A stretch of DNA of 64,000 nucleotides from NCBI RefSeq assembly GCF_009914755.1, contig NC_060931.1. One strand, 5' to 3'. The stretch is from the human T2T-CHM13v2.0 reference genome, Homo sapiens. The notes under the pieces were generated by a model that saw only the letters and a list, made by a program, of their open reading frames with translations, made no database searches and had not been told where the DNA came from. The position numbers were made by a program, and so were the translations under genes. Below, piece after piece: positions 43,111-54,870 of this stretch. How positions within the stretch are numbered: the first letter of the stretch is position 1; each line of letters opens with the position of its first letter.

Positions 43111-43424
43111 TACAGTGGTTCTCAAACTCTATGAGTTCCTTTAGGTAGAGAGCACATCTGAGGTACCTCCTGCAGGACTTGGAAACCAATTGAATGTGGG
43201 AAGGTAGAGAGGAAGTAAAAGATAAAGATGTTTCAACAAACCAAGTAAGGAATACAAAGAAAAGAGGTGTTTTGGTTTTGTTATTGTTTACTTGTTTGTG
43301 GTATTTACACAGAAAGAAGTAGGTGATAAAAAGCTTTTTTATGCCTATTTTCAAAAGCCCGTTCTACATACATGTGTTGTCCGCTCAAAACATCCATCTG
43401 CTACGGACAGCAGCGACCATAGCT

Positions 43425-43640
43425 GAGGAGCCACATGGGTTTGGCTGTAAATCGAAGCTCTGCCATGTTTAATTCTTCGAGCCTGGGCAAAGCCTTGCAC
43501 ATTCCTGAGCTTTAGCTTCCTCATCTGACAATTGGAATAGTCATACCTACCCCACAGAGTTCCTGGAAGTATTAAATGAGATCATGTATACAAATCAATT
43601 AGCAAAATTCCTGACTCAGAAATGGCTGGTACTATTTGCG
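43425..43640 (+). mobile_element. MIR
   Basis: GCTCTGCCA...CCTGGGCAA...TTCCTCATCTG...ATTAAATGAGAT. Confidence 0.65.
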
Positions 43641-44249
43641 TATAGATTTGTGAGCCTGCAGAATGTATATGAGAAATGTAGACAATAGAATGGCTCTGAT
43701 TATCCTAGTTGTGCAAGAGAGATGGAAAACTGAGCACACTTGAGGATGCCAGCAGTGGGAGCGGGTGGAGGAGGAGCAGGCAGAGAGACTGATGAGAAGG
43801 CACATGGGAGAGGCAGGAAGAGAATCAGGAGAGTGGCCTGGGAGCCAATGGAGGAAGGAGTGAATCAACAGCCACACATGGGGCAGAGATTAAGTAGGAC
43901 TGAAACTAAGAATGAGCCATTTTATTTGGCCGTGAAAAATTCACTGTTGGCCTGGAAAACAGCAACGTCCACGAAGGTGTAAAGGGAGAGGCAGAACCCA
44001 CTAGCGGGACCATGCAATCCTGAAGTGCTGTAACTTTAATCATGGAAATGGATTGATAACTGGGAGAGAGAAAGAGAATGTAAGCCATCTTCAAAATGGA
44101 TAGAGCCTGATTAATGGTATTAATACATATAATGAAAGAATTTTCCTGAAATGAAAATTTTGGAGTTATCCATGATTTATTTCTTTCCATCACATCTCAC
44201 ATGTGATATGTGAAATATTTGTTAATATTTGGTGATAGGTCCAACAGAG

Positions 44250-44987
44250 GTTGTTGAGTTCATCAGCAGCCTCTCTTGGACCTATCACCAAAATAAATCC
44301 CAAATATATCCACTTTTCTGCTCCACTACTGTCACACTAATCCAGGCTACCCTCACCTGACTTCCAGGCAACTACAATGGCTACAACTGGCCTCCCTATC
44401 TCCTCTCTTGATTTCCTCCCTGCCTCAGCTCTCTTCCCAGCAGCCTCAGAGATGTTTTATCATGTAAATAAACTACAGTAGTCCCCTAATTCAAACCCTT
44501 CACAATTAGCAAATAATTCACAAGATTTACCTTGGTGAGCAAAGCCTCACCTACCTGGTTCCTGCTAATCTTCTGACACCATGTCGTCCAATACAACTGC
44601 CACTAGCCACATGTGACTCCTGAGAATTTGCAATGAAGCTGGTGTAATAGAAAAGCTAAATGTTAGATTTTATTTAATTTATATCAACTTAAATTTAAAC
44701 AGCCACATGTGACTACTGAGAATTTGCAATGAAGCTGGTGTAATAGAAAAGCTAAATGTTAGATTTTATTTAATTTATATCAACTTAAATTTAAATAGCC
44801 ACATGTGGCTAGTGGCTACCATATTATCCAGCACAGATTCAGAACACGTCTATCATCACAAGTTCTGTTGAATAGTGCTTATCTGACCTGGTGTCTCTGT
44901 GCTCTTCCTTGCTTATTGCACTTCAGCAGCATTGGCAAACTCACCCACAACAAGCTACTTCACCCTTGAAAGCCTTTGCACAAACTG
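44250..44987 (+). mobile_element. L2 remnant, interrupted by MER3 and cut off by the satellite
   Basis: CCACTACTGTCACACTAATCCAGGCTACC...AACTGGCCTCCCT...CAGCAGCCTCAGAGATG...; GCCTTTGCAC at 44972. Confidence 0.55.
44583..44880. mobile_element. MER3-type hAT MITE with 96-bp internal tandem duplication
   Basis: GTCCAATA...CCACTAGCCACATGTG...TAGCCACATGTGGCTAGTGGCTACC. Confidence 0.8.
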
Positions 44988-44996
44988 GATATTACG

Positions 44997-47565
44997 AGAG
45001 GAAGATATTACTCCCAATATTGCAGAGGCAGAGAGAATGTTACTACCAATATCGTAAACACCCTGGCTATACACCATCTGTGATATTGTTCATAATATCC
45101 GTGGGGGAGAGGAAGATACTACTCCCCATATTGCAGGCGGCGAACAACCCACCATCATATTGTTTGTAATATTCAGGGGGGAAGAAGATAAAATTACTTC
45201 CCCTATCGCAGGGGGTATACACTTCCTTGTGATATTGTCTGTAATATCCGGCGGGGGAGAGGATGACATTACTCCCCATAATGCAGGGGGTACACACCCC
45301 ACGGTGATATTGTTCGTACTATCCAGAGAGGGAAAGGATATCACTCCCCATATCGCAGGGGGGTACATCCCCCTGTGATATTGTTCGTAATATCCAGGGG
45401 GAGAGAGGATGATATTACTTACCTGTGACGTTGTTCATAATAACCAGAAGGGAAGAGGATATTACATTCCATATTGCAGGAGGTGTACACTCCCCCTGTG
45501 ATATTCTTCATAATATCCAGGGGGGAGAGGATGATATTACTCCCAATATTTCAGGGGGTGTACACCCACCTGGGATATTGTTCGTAATATCCAGGGGGGT
45601 GGGGCACAACATTACTTCCAATATCGTAAACACCTGTGTACACCTACTGTGATATTGTTTGTAATATCCAGGGAGGGAGAGGATAACATTACTCCCAATT
45701 TCATAGGGGGTGTACATCCCCTTGTGATATTGTCCGTACTATTCACAGAGGCAGAGGATGATATTACTCCCAATATCGCAGGGTTTGTTCACTGCCCTGT
45801 GATATTGTTCATAATATCCAGGGGGACAGAGGATGATATTACTGCGATTATTGCAGGCAGTGTGCACCTTCCTGTGATACTGGTCATAATATCCAGAGGG
45901 GGAGAGGATAATATTACTCTCAATATCGCAGGGGGTGTACACCCATCTGTGATATTGTCCGTAATATCAAGGATGGAGAGGAAGATATTACTCCCCATAT
46001 CGCAGGGTTTCTTCACCTTTCTGTAATTTTGTTTGTAACATCCACGGGGGGAGAGGATGATATTTCTCCCAATATTGCAGGGGGTGTACACCCGTCTGTG
46101 ATACTGTCTGTAACATCAGGGTGGAGAGGAAGATATTACTCCCCATATCACAGGGTTTCTTCACCTTTCTGTAATTTTGTTCATAATATCCACGGGAGGA
46201 GAGCATGATATTTCTCCCAATATCGCTGGGGGTGTACACCCCCTGCTAGATATTCTTCATAATATTTAGGGGGGAGAGGATGATATTACTCCCAATTTCG
46301 CAGGGGGTGTACACCTCCCTGTGACATTGTCCACAACATCAAGTGTGGAGAGGAAGATATTACTCCACATATTGCAGGGTGTGTACACCCACTATGATAT
46401 TGTCTCTAACATCCGGCGGGGGGGGAGTGGCTGATATTACTCCCCATATCGCAGGGAGTGTACACACTCCTGTGATATTGTCCATAACATCTAGAGTGGG
46501 AGAGGGTGACATTACTCCCCATATTGCTGGTGGTATTCACCCCACCTGTGATATTGTCTGTAACATCCAGGGGTGGAGGTGATGATATTACTCCCCATAT
46601 TGCAGGGGGTGTACGCCCTCCGGTGTTTTGTTCGTAACATCTAGGGAAGGAAAGGATTATATTACTCCCCATATGGCAGGGTGTGTACTCCTTTCTGTGA
46701 TATTGTCCATAACATCTAGAGCGGGAGAGGAAGACATTACTCCCCACATCGCAGGGAATGGAAGCCCCCTTAAGATATGGACTGTAACATCCAGAGAGGG
46801 AGAGAATAATATTACTCCCCATATCGCAGGGGGTACACACCCCTGTGATATTGTTTGTAACATCCAAGAGGGGAGAGGATGATATTTCTCCCCATATCAA
46901 AGGGGATGTACACCTCACTCTGGTATTGTCCGTAATATCTAGGGAGGGGGAGAGGATGATGCAACTCCCCAAATCCAGGGGCACACCCCCGCGATATTGT
47001 GTGTAAAGTCCGGGGGTGGAGAGAAGGTGTACACACCCCTGCGATTTTGTCCATAATATCCAGAAAGGGAGACGATGATGTATCTCTCCATATCGCAGGA
47101 GGTGTACACCCTACTGCGATATTGTCCATAATAACCAGGGGGTAAGGATGCTGTTACTCCCCATATCGCAGGGGCTGTACACCCTCCAGCAATATTGTCC
47201 ATAATGTCCAGGGTGGAGAGGATGATGCTACTCCTCATATCGCAGGGGTGTATACCGCTGTGTGATATTGTCTGTAAAATCAAGGGGAGGAGAGGGTGAT
47301 TTTCCTCCCTATATCGGAGGGAATATACAGCTGTCTGGGATATTGTTCATAATATCCAAGGAGGGAGAGAGTGATGCTACTCCCCATATCGCAGGATGTG
47401 TAAAAACCCCTGTGATATTCTTTGCATTATACCCGGGGGAGGAGATGATGTTACCAATCATATCGCCGTGTGTGTGTGCCCCCCTGCGATATTCTTCGGG
47501 ATATTCAGTGGTGGAGAGGATAATATTACTCTCTGTATCACGGGGGGTGTACACCACACTGACAT
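44997..47565 (+). repeat. SATR1-like satellite block A (75-bp monomers, forward)
   Basis: Consensus GATATTACTCCCAATATCGCAGGGGGTGTACACCCCCTGTGATATTGTTCGTAATATCCAGGGGGAGAGGAT; monomer starts at 45685, 45760, 45835, 45910. Confidence 0.9.
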
Positions 47566-50224
47566 ATTGTTACCCCCAGCGATATGAGGAGTAGTAGCAA
47601 CCCCCTTTCCCCCCCCGGCTACTACGATCCACATCGCAGGGGGCTGCACACACCCCACCGTGATGCGGGGAGTAGTAGCAACCCCCTCTCCCCACCTGAC
47701 TATTACGATCCACGGTGGACCTACACAGTGTTTATGATATTGTGAGTAAATCATGTCCCCCTCAGCAAATTACGAACTATTTCACAGACGGGTGTACAAC
47801 CTCTGCCGTATTGGGAACAATATCATCCTCTCCCCCACTGGATATTAACAACAATATCACAGGGGTGTTTTTACTCTCTATGATAATGCATGTCATATCA
47901 TCCTCTCCCACGTTGAAATTAGGAACAATATCACTGGGTGTGTGTACACCTGCGATGTTCAAAGTAATATTATCCTCTTCTCTCCTGGATCATGGGAACA
48001 ATGTCACTTGGGGGTGCACACTTTTTCCAATATTGGGAGTAATACCATCCCCTCTGCTTTGGAATATCAAAGACACTCTCACACGGGGGTGTACATCTCC
48101 TGCGATACTGGGAATAATATTATCCTCTCCCCCCCTGCATATTAGGAAATATATCACAGAGTGGGTGTACACCTTCTGCGATATTGGGAGTAATATCCTC
48201 TTCTCCCCTTCTGGATATTAGCAACTGTGTCGCACGGGGTTTACACTTTCTCTGATATCTGGAGTAATGTCATCGTCTCCTCCTTTGAACGTTAAGAACA
48301 ATATCACAGGGGGCATGTACACCCCCTGCCATATTGGGAGTAATATCAGGCTCTCCCCCTTCTCTTGATATTAGGAACAATATCCCAGCGTGGGTGTACA
48401 CCTCCTAGTATATGGGGAGTAATATCATCCTCTCCCTTCCTGGATATTAGGAACAATATCACAGGGTGGGGGTACAGAGCCTGCAATATTGAAAGTAATG
48501 TCATCCTCTCCGCCTCCGGATATTAGGAACAATATCACAGAAGGGTTGTACACTCTCTTCGATATTGGGAGTATTATTATTTTCTCCTTCCCTGAATATT
48601 AGGAGCAATATTCCTGGGTGGATGTACACCCACTGTTATATTGGCAGTAATGTCATACTCTGCCCCCTGGATATTAGGAGCAATATCACAGGGTGGGTGT
48701 ACACCCACGGCGATATTGGGAGTAATGTCATGCTCTCCCTCCCTGGATATTCGGAACAATATCACAGGTGGGTGTACATCTCCTGCAGTATAAGGAATAA
48801 TATTATCTTCTCTTCCTTTAGCTAGTAAGAACAATATCACATGGGGGTGTACACCCCCTGCACTATTGGGAGTAATATCATTCTCTCTTATTCCGGATAG
48901 TAGAAATAACATCACAGGCGAAGTGTACACCCCCTGCGATATTGGGAGTAATATCATCCTCTCCCAACGTAGATATTAGGAACAATATCGCAGGGGGCGT
49001 GTACACTTCTTCGATATTGGTAGTAATATCAACCTCTCCCCCTTGGATATATGAAATAATATGACAGGCGGGGTGGACACACCTCGCCATATAGGGAGTA
49101 ATATCACCCTGTCTCCCTCCCTGGATATTACGATCCACGTGGACACACCACGTTGTTTACGATATTGTGAGTAATGTCATCTCCCCCTCTAGAAATTACG
49201 AACAATATCAAAGATGCGTGTACACCCTCTGCAATATAGGGAGTAATATCATCCTCTCCCCACCTGGATATTAGTTACAATGTCAAAAGAGTGTGTATAA
49301 CCCCAGAGACATTGGGAGTAATATCATCCTATCCCACGTTGAAATTAGGAACACTATCACCGGGGGCGTGTACGCCCCCTGCGATATTGAAAGTAATATC
49401 ATCCTCTTCCCTCCTGGGTGATAGGAACAATATCACTGGGGGGTGTACACTTCCTGCGATATTGGGAGTAATATCATCCTCTCCGTCTTTGAATATTGAG
49501 GACAATATCACGGGAGGTGTACACCCTTTGCGATATTGGGAATAACATCCTCTCCCCTCCTGCATATTAAAAAAAATCACAGAGTGGGTGTACACCTCCT
49601 GCGATATAGGGAGTAATATCCTCTTCTCCTCTTCTGTATATTAGGAACAATATCACACGGGGGTATACACTTTCTGCGATATTGGGAGTAATATCAACCT
49701 CTCGGCCTTTGAATATTAAGAACATCACAGGGTGGATGTACACCCCCTGCGATATTGGGAGTAATATCAGCCTCTCACCTCCATGGATATTAGGAACAAT
49801 ATCCCAGGGTGGGTGTACACCTCCTGCTAGGTGTGGAGTAATAGCATCCTCTCCCTTCCTGGATATTACGAACAATGTCACAGGGTGGGTGTACACAGCC
49901 TGCGATACTGGAAGTATTATCATCCTCTTCCCCCTCCAGATACCTGGAACAGTATCACAGAAGAGGTGTACACTCCCTGCGATATTGGGAGTAATATCGT
50001 TCTCTTCTTCCGTGAATATTAAAAGCAATACCACCGGGTGGATGTACACCCACCGCTATATTGGGAGTAATGTCATACTCTAATCCATGAATATTAGGAT
50101 CAATATCACAGGGTTGCTGTACACCTACTGCGACACTGAAACGAATATCATGCCCTCTCTCCCTGGATATTAGAAACAATATCACCAGGGGGTGTAGACA
50201 CCCTGCGGTATTAGGAGTAATAAC
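47566..50224 (-). repeat. SATR1-like satellite block B (inverted; ~1.42 kb higher-order repeat)
   Basis: Reads GATATTGGGAGTAATATCATCCTCTCCCC...GGATATTAGGAACAATATC, the reverse complement of the forward monomer. Confidence 0.9.
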
Positions 50225-50608
50225 ATTATTAATGATTAATCCTAGCTTCTTAATATTAATATTAATGATCAATATTAATATGAATTTTTTCTAATATGAT
50301 ATTAATTAATAGTAACAGTAATTAATATTAATTACTCATTATTTTGTTATTGATAGCACCATCAACTAATGTTAATCATTAATATTAATTTTTATTAACA
50401 TGATTAATAACATAATTGATAATATTAATTGGTATGATTGTCATGTTTATTAATATTTATAATCAATATTAATTAATAATTATCAATGTTATTGTAACAA
50501 TGATTATTAATAATAAATAACTAATAATGTGTTGATTATTCATAATTACAACTTAATTAGAATTAATTAAAATCAATTATTAATTATTAATAAATAGTAT
50601 TATTATTT
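50225..50608. repeat. AT-rich low-complexity core (ATTAAT/TAA/TTA motifs)
   Basis: Very few G/C; perfect 20-bp palindrome AGTAATTAATATTAATTACT at 50317-50336. Confidence 0.9.
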
Positions 50609-53600
50609 CTGATATCGGGGCGGGGAGGGTGTGATATTACTGCCAACATCGCAGGAACTGTGCACCCTTCTGTGATATTGTTCCTAATAGCCAGAAGGGG
50701 AGAGCATTACTCTCAATATCACAGGGGGTGTACACCTGTGATAGTGTTCTTAATATCTATGATGGGAGAGGATGATATTACTCCCAATATCACAAGAACT
50801 GTACAGCGTCCCGTGATATAGTTCCTAATATCTAAGTGGGGAGAGGATGATATTACTCCCAATATGGCACAAATTGTAAAACCCTTTCGATATATTTCCT
50901 ACAATCCATGGGGAGAGGGTGATATTACTCCCAATATCGAAGGAGGTGTACACCCTCCCGTGACAGTGTCCTCAATATCCATGTTGTTAGACGATGATAT
51001 TACACCTAATATTGCAGGGGCTGTACACCCACCCTGGGACATTGTTCCTAATATCGAGAAGGGGAGAGGATGATATTAATCCCAATATCGCTGGGGCTGT
51101 ACACCCCTCCTGTGATATTGTTCCTAATATCCTAGGTGGGAGAGCATGATATTACTCCCAATATCGCAGGGCTGTATACCCACCCAGTGATATTGTCCTT
51201 AATGTCCAGAAGGGAAAGGATGTTATTACTCCCGACATTGAAGGGGTTGTACCCCTCGACACGCCAGGATATTGTTCCTAATATCCGGGGAGGAGAGGGT
51301 AACATTGTACCCAATATCGCAGGGGGTGTGCACCTCCCCTGCGATATTGTTCCTAATATCCAAAGGTAGAGAGGATTATACACTCTCAATATCGCAGGGG
51401 GTGTACACCCCACTTGTGATACTGTTCTTAATATTTACGGGGGGAGACAATGGTATTACTGTCCATATCTCAGGGGTGGACAACACCCCTGTGATATTGT
51501 TTTTACTATTCAGTGGGGCAGAGAATGATAATTTCAATATCACAGGGGACACACTCCCTGTGATATCGTTTCTAATATTCAGGGGAAGAGAAATCATATG
51601 ACTCACAGTATGACAGGGGGTGTACTCACCCTCCATAATATTGTATCTAAAATCCAGGGGGGATTTGAAAGATATTACTCCTAATATCACAGTGGGTGTA
51701 AAAGACCCCTTTGATATTGTTCCTAATATCCGGGGAGGGAGAGGATGATATTACTCCCAATGTCTTTGGAGGTGTACACCCCCCCGTGATATTGTTTCTA
51801 ATATTTACGTGGGGAAAGGATGATATTACTATCAATATCTCAGAGGGTGTACACCCTTCTTGGGATATTTTTTCTAATATCAAGTGGGGGAGAGCAAGAT
51901 ATTACTCCCAATATCGCAGGAGGTGTACACCCCGCCTGTTATTTTGTTTCCAATATCCAGGTTGGTAGAGGATGACGTTACTGCCAATATTGCAGGAGTT
52001 GTACACCCAACCTGTGATATTATTCCTAATAGCCAGGGGAAGAGAGGATGATATTACTCAAAACAGCGCAGGAGGTGTACACACCCCTGTGATATTGGTG
52101 CTAATATCCAGTGTGGGAGACGATGATATTACTGGCCATATCGCGGGGGTTGTACACCCCCTCTGATATTTATTTTAATATCCAGGGGGTAGAGTATCAC
52201 ATTACTCCCAATATCGCAGTGGGTGTACACCAACTCTGTGGTATTGTTCTTAAAATCCAGGGAGGGAGAGGATGATATTACTGTCAATATCGCAAGGGGT
52301 GGACACCCCCTCTTTGATATTGTTCCTAATATCCAGGGGGAGAGCATGATATTAATCCCCATATCGCTGGGGGATACACCCCTTTTTGATATTGTTCCTA
52401 ATATCCCGGGGGGAGTCAGTGATATTGGCAATATCACAGGGTGTGTACACCACACCTGTTATATTGTTTCTTTTTTCCGGCAATGAAGAAATTGATACTA
52501 TTGTCAAAACAGAATGCGCGGTACACCCCGCATGAGATATTGTTTCTAATATCCATGGGAGAAAGGATGATATTACTCCCAATGTTTCAGTGGGTGTATA
52601 ATCCGCCTGTGATATTGTTCCTAGTATCAAGTGGGGGGTGAGGATGATATTACTCCCAGTCTCGCAGAGGGTGTACACCGCCCCTGTGATATCGTTCTCA
52701 ATATCGATGGGGGTAGAAAACTATATTACTCCCAATGTCGCTGGTGATGTTCACCTTCCCGGTGATATTGTTTCTAATATTTAGGTGAGGGAATGATATT
52801 ACTCTCAATATCGCAAGTGGTGTACACAGCTTCTTTGATATTTTTCCTACTATTTTCGGGGGGAGAAGAGGATATTACTTTCAGTATTGAAGAACGTGTA
52901 CACGACCCCTGTGATATTGCTCCTAATATCAAGGTTAAAAAAGGATGATATTACCCCCATTATCGCAGGGGGTGGGGTGTACACTTCACCTGTGATATTA
53001 TTTCTAATATCCAGGGGAAGAGAGAATAGTATTACTCCCAATAGCGCAGGGGGAGTACACACCTTTTGATATTGTTCCTAATATCCAGGGAAGGAGCCGA
53101 TGATATTGGTGGCCATATCACAGGGTGTGTACATCCTTGTCTGATATTGTTCCTAGTATTCAGTGGGGGAGAGGATAACATTAATCCCAATATTGCAGGA
53201 GGTGTACATATTTGCTGTGATATAGTTCCTAATGTACAGGGAAAAGAGAATAATATTATTCCCAATATCGCAGGGGATATATTGTCTCTGTACATTGTTC
53301 CTAATATGGAGAGGGGTAGAGGCTGATATTACTCCCAATATCGCAGGCGGTGTACACACCCCTTTTGATATTGTTCCTGATATCCAGCGGGAAAGCGGCT
53401 GATATTACTCCCAATATCGCAGTGGGTGTACACCTCCTTTCTGGTATTGTTTCTAATATACAGGGTGGAAAAGGATATTACTGACAATATCGCAGGGGGT
53501 TTACACCCCTTCTGTGATATGGTTCCTGATATCCAGGGGGTGAGTAGATGATATTACTCCCAATAACGTAGGAAGTGTACACCCCCCTGTGATTTTGTCC

Positions 53601-54870
53601 CTAATAACCACATGGGGAGAGGTGATATTACTCCCAATATTGCAAGGGGTGTACACACTGCCTGTAATGCTATTTCTTATATCCAGGAGGTGAGAAGATG
53701 ATATTACTACCAATATTGATGGAATGTACACCACCCATGTGATATTGTTTTGAAAATCCACGTGGATAGAAGATGATATTACTCCCAATATAACAAGGGG
53801 TGTACACACCGCCTGTGATATTATTCGTAAAATCGAGAAGAAGAGAGAATGATATTACTTCCAATAGTGCAGGGGGAGTACACTCTTCCTGTGATGTTGT
53901 TCCTAATATCTAAATGAAGAGATAATGATATTACTTTCAATACCGCAGAGAGTGTACAACCCCCTGTGATATTGTTCCCAATAAACTAGTAGGGGAGAGA
54001 ATGATATTACTTCTAACATTGCAGTGGCTCTTCTCCACACCCCCAACCCCGTGATATTGCTCTTAATTTCCAGCTGGTATAGTATAATGTTTCTCCCAGT
54101 ATAGCAGTGGGTGTACACTCAACCTGTGATATTTCTCCGAATATTCAGGGAAAAACAGGATGATACTACTCTGAATATCGCAAAGAATGTACACTCCTTT
54201 TGTGATATTGTTCCTAATATCCAGAAGGGGAGAGGATGATATTACTTTTAATATCGCAGGCAGTGTACACCCCCCTGTGATATTGTTCGTAATATCCAGG
54301 TGAGGATAAAATGATATTACTCCCAATATTGCATGGGGTATACATTCTCCTGTGATATTGTTAGTAATATCCAGGGGAGCAGAGGTTGATATTACTGTCA
54401 GCATCGCAGGTGGTATACATTTCCCTGTGATATTTTTCATAATATCAAGGGAAGAAGAGGTTGATATTAATCCCAATATCGCAAAGGTCATACACCCCCT
54501 GTGATATTCTTCGTAATATACGGGGGGGGGGAAGGATGATATTACTCTCAATATCGCGGAGGAATATACACATATCACAGAGGACCATATCACAGAGGAG
54601 GTACGCCCCCTGAGACACCCCCCTGCCATATGGTTCATAATATCCAGAGGGGGAGAGAATGATATTACTGCCAATATCGCAGGGAGTGTACACCTTCTTC
54701 TGATATTGTTTGTGATATCCATAGTGGAAGAGGATGGTATCACTCCCAATTTCGTAGGGGGTGTACACCCCCTTGTGATATTGTTAGTAATATTCAGAGG
54801 GGGAGAGGATGATATTACCCTCAATATCACAGGTTTTGTTCACCGCCCTGTTATATTGTTCATAATATCC
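50609..54870 (+). repeat. SATR1-like satellite block C (~75-bp monomers, forward, mostly TTCCTAATATC variant)
   Basis: GATATTGTTCCTAATATCCAGGGG..GAGAGGATGATATTACTCCCAATATCGCAG. Confidence 0.9.

Noticed and set aside
54063-54830. 255-aa ORF and the many other ORFs in the satellite (e.g. 46406-46984, 47715-48221)
   Set aside because: 75-bp monomers equal 25 codons, so stop-free frames persist on both strands. The repeated peptides (ILGVISSSPPLDITNNITGGCTPP) just mirror the DNA repeat, and there is no gene structure.
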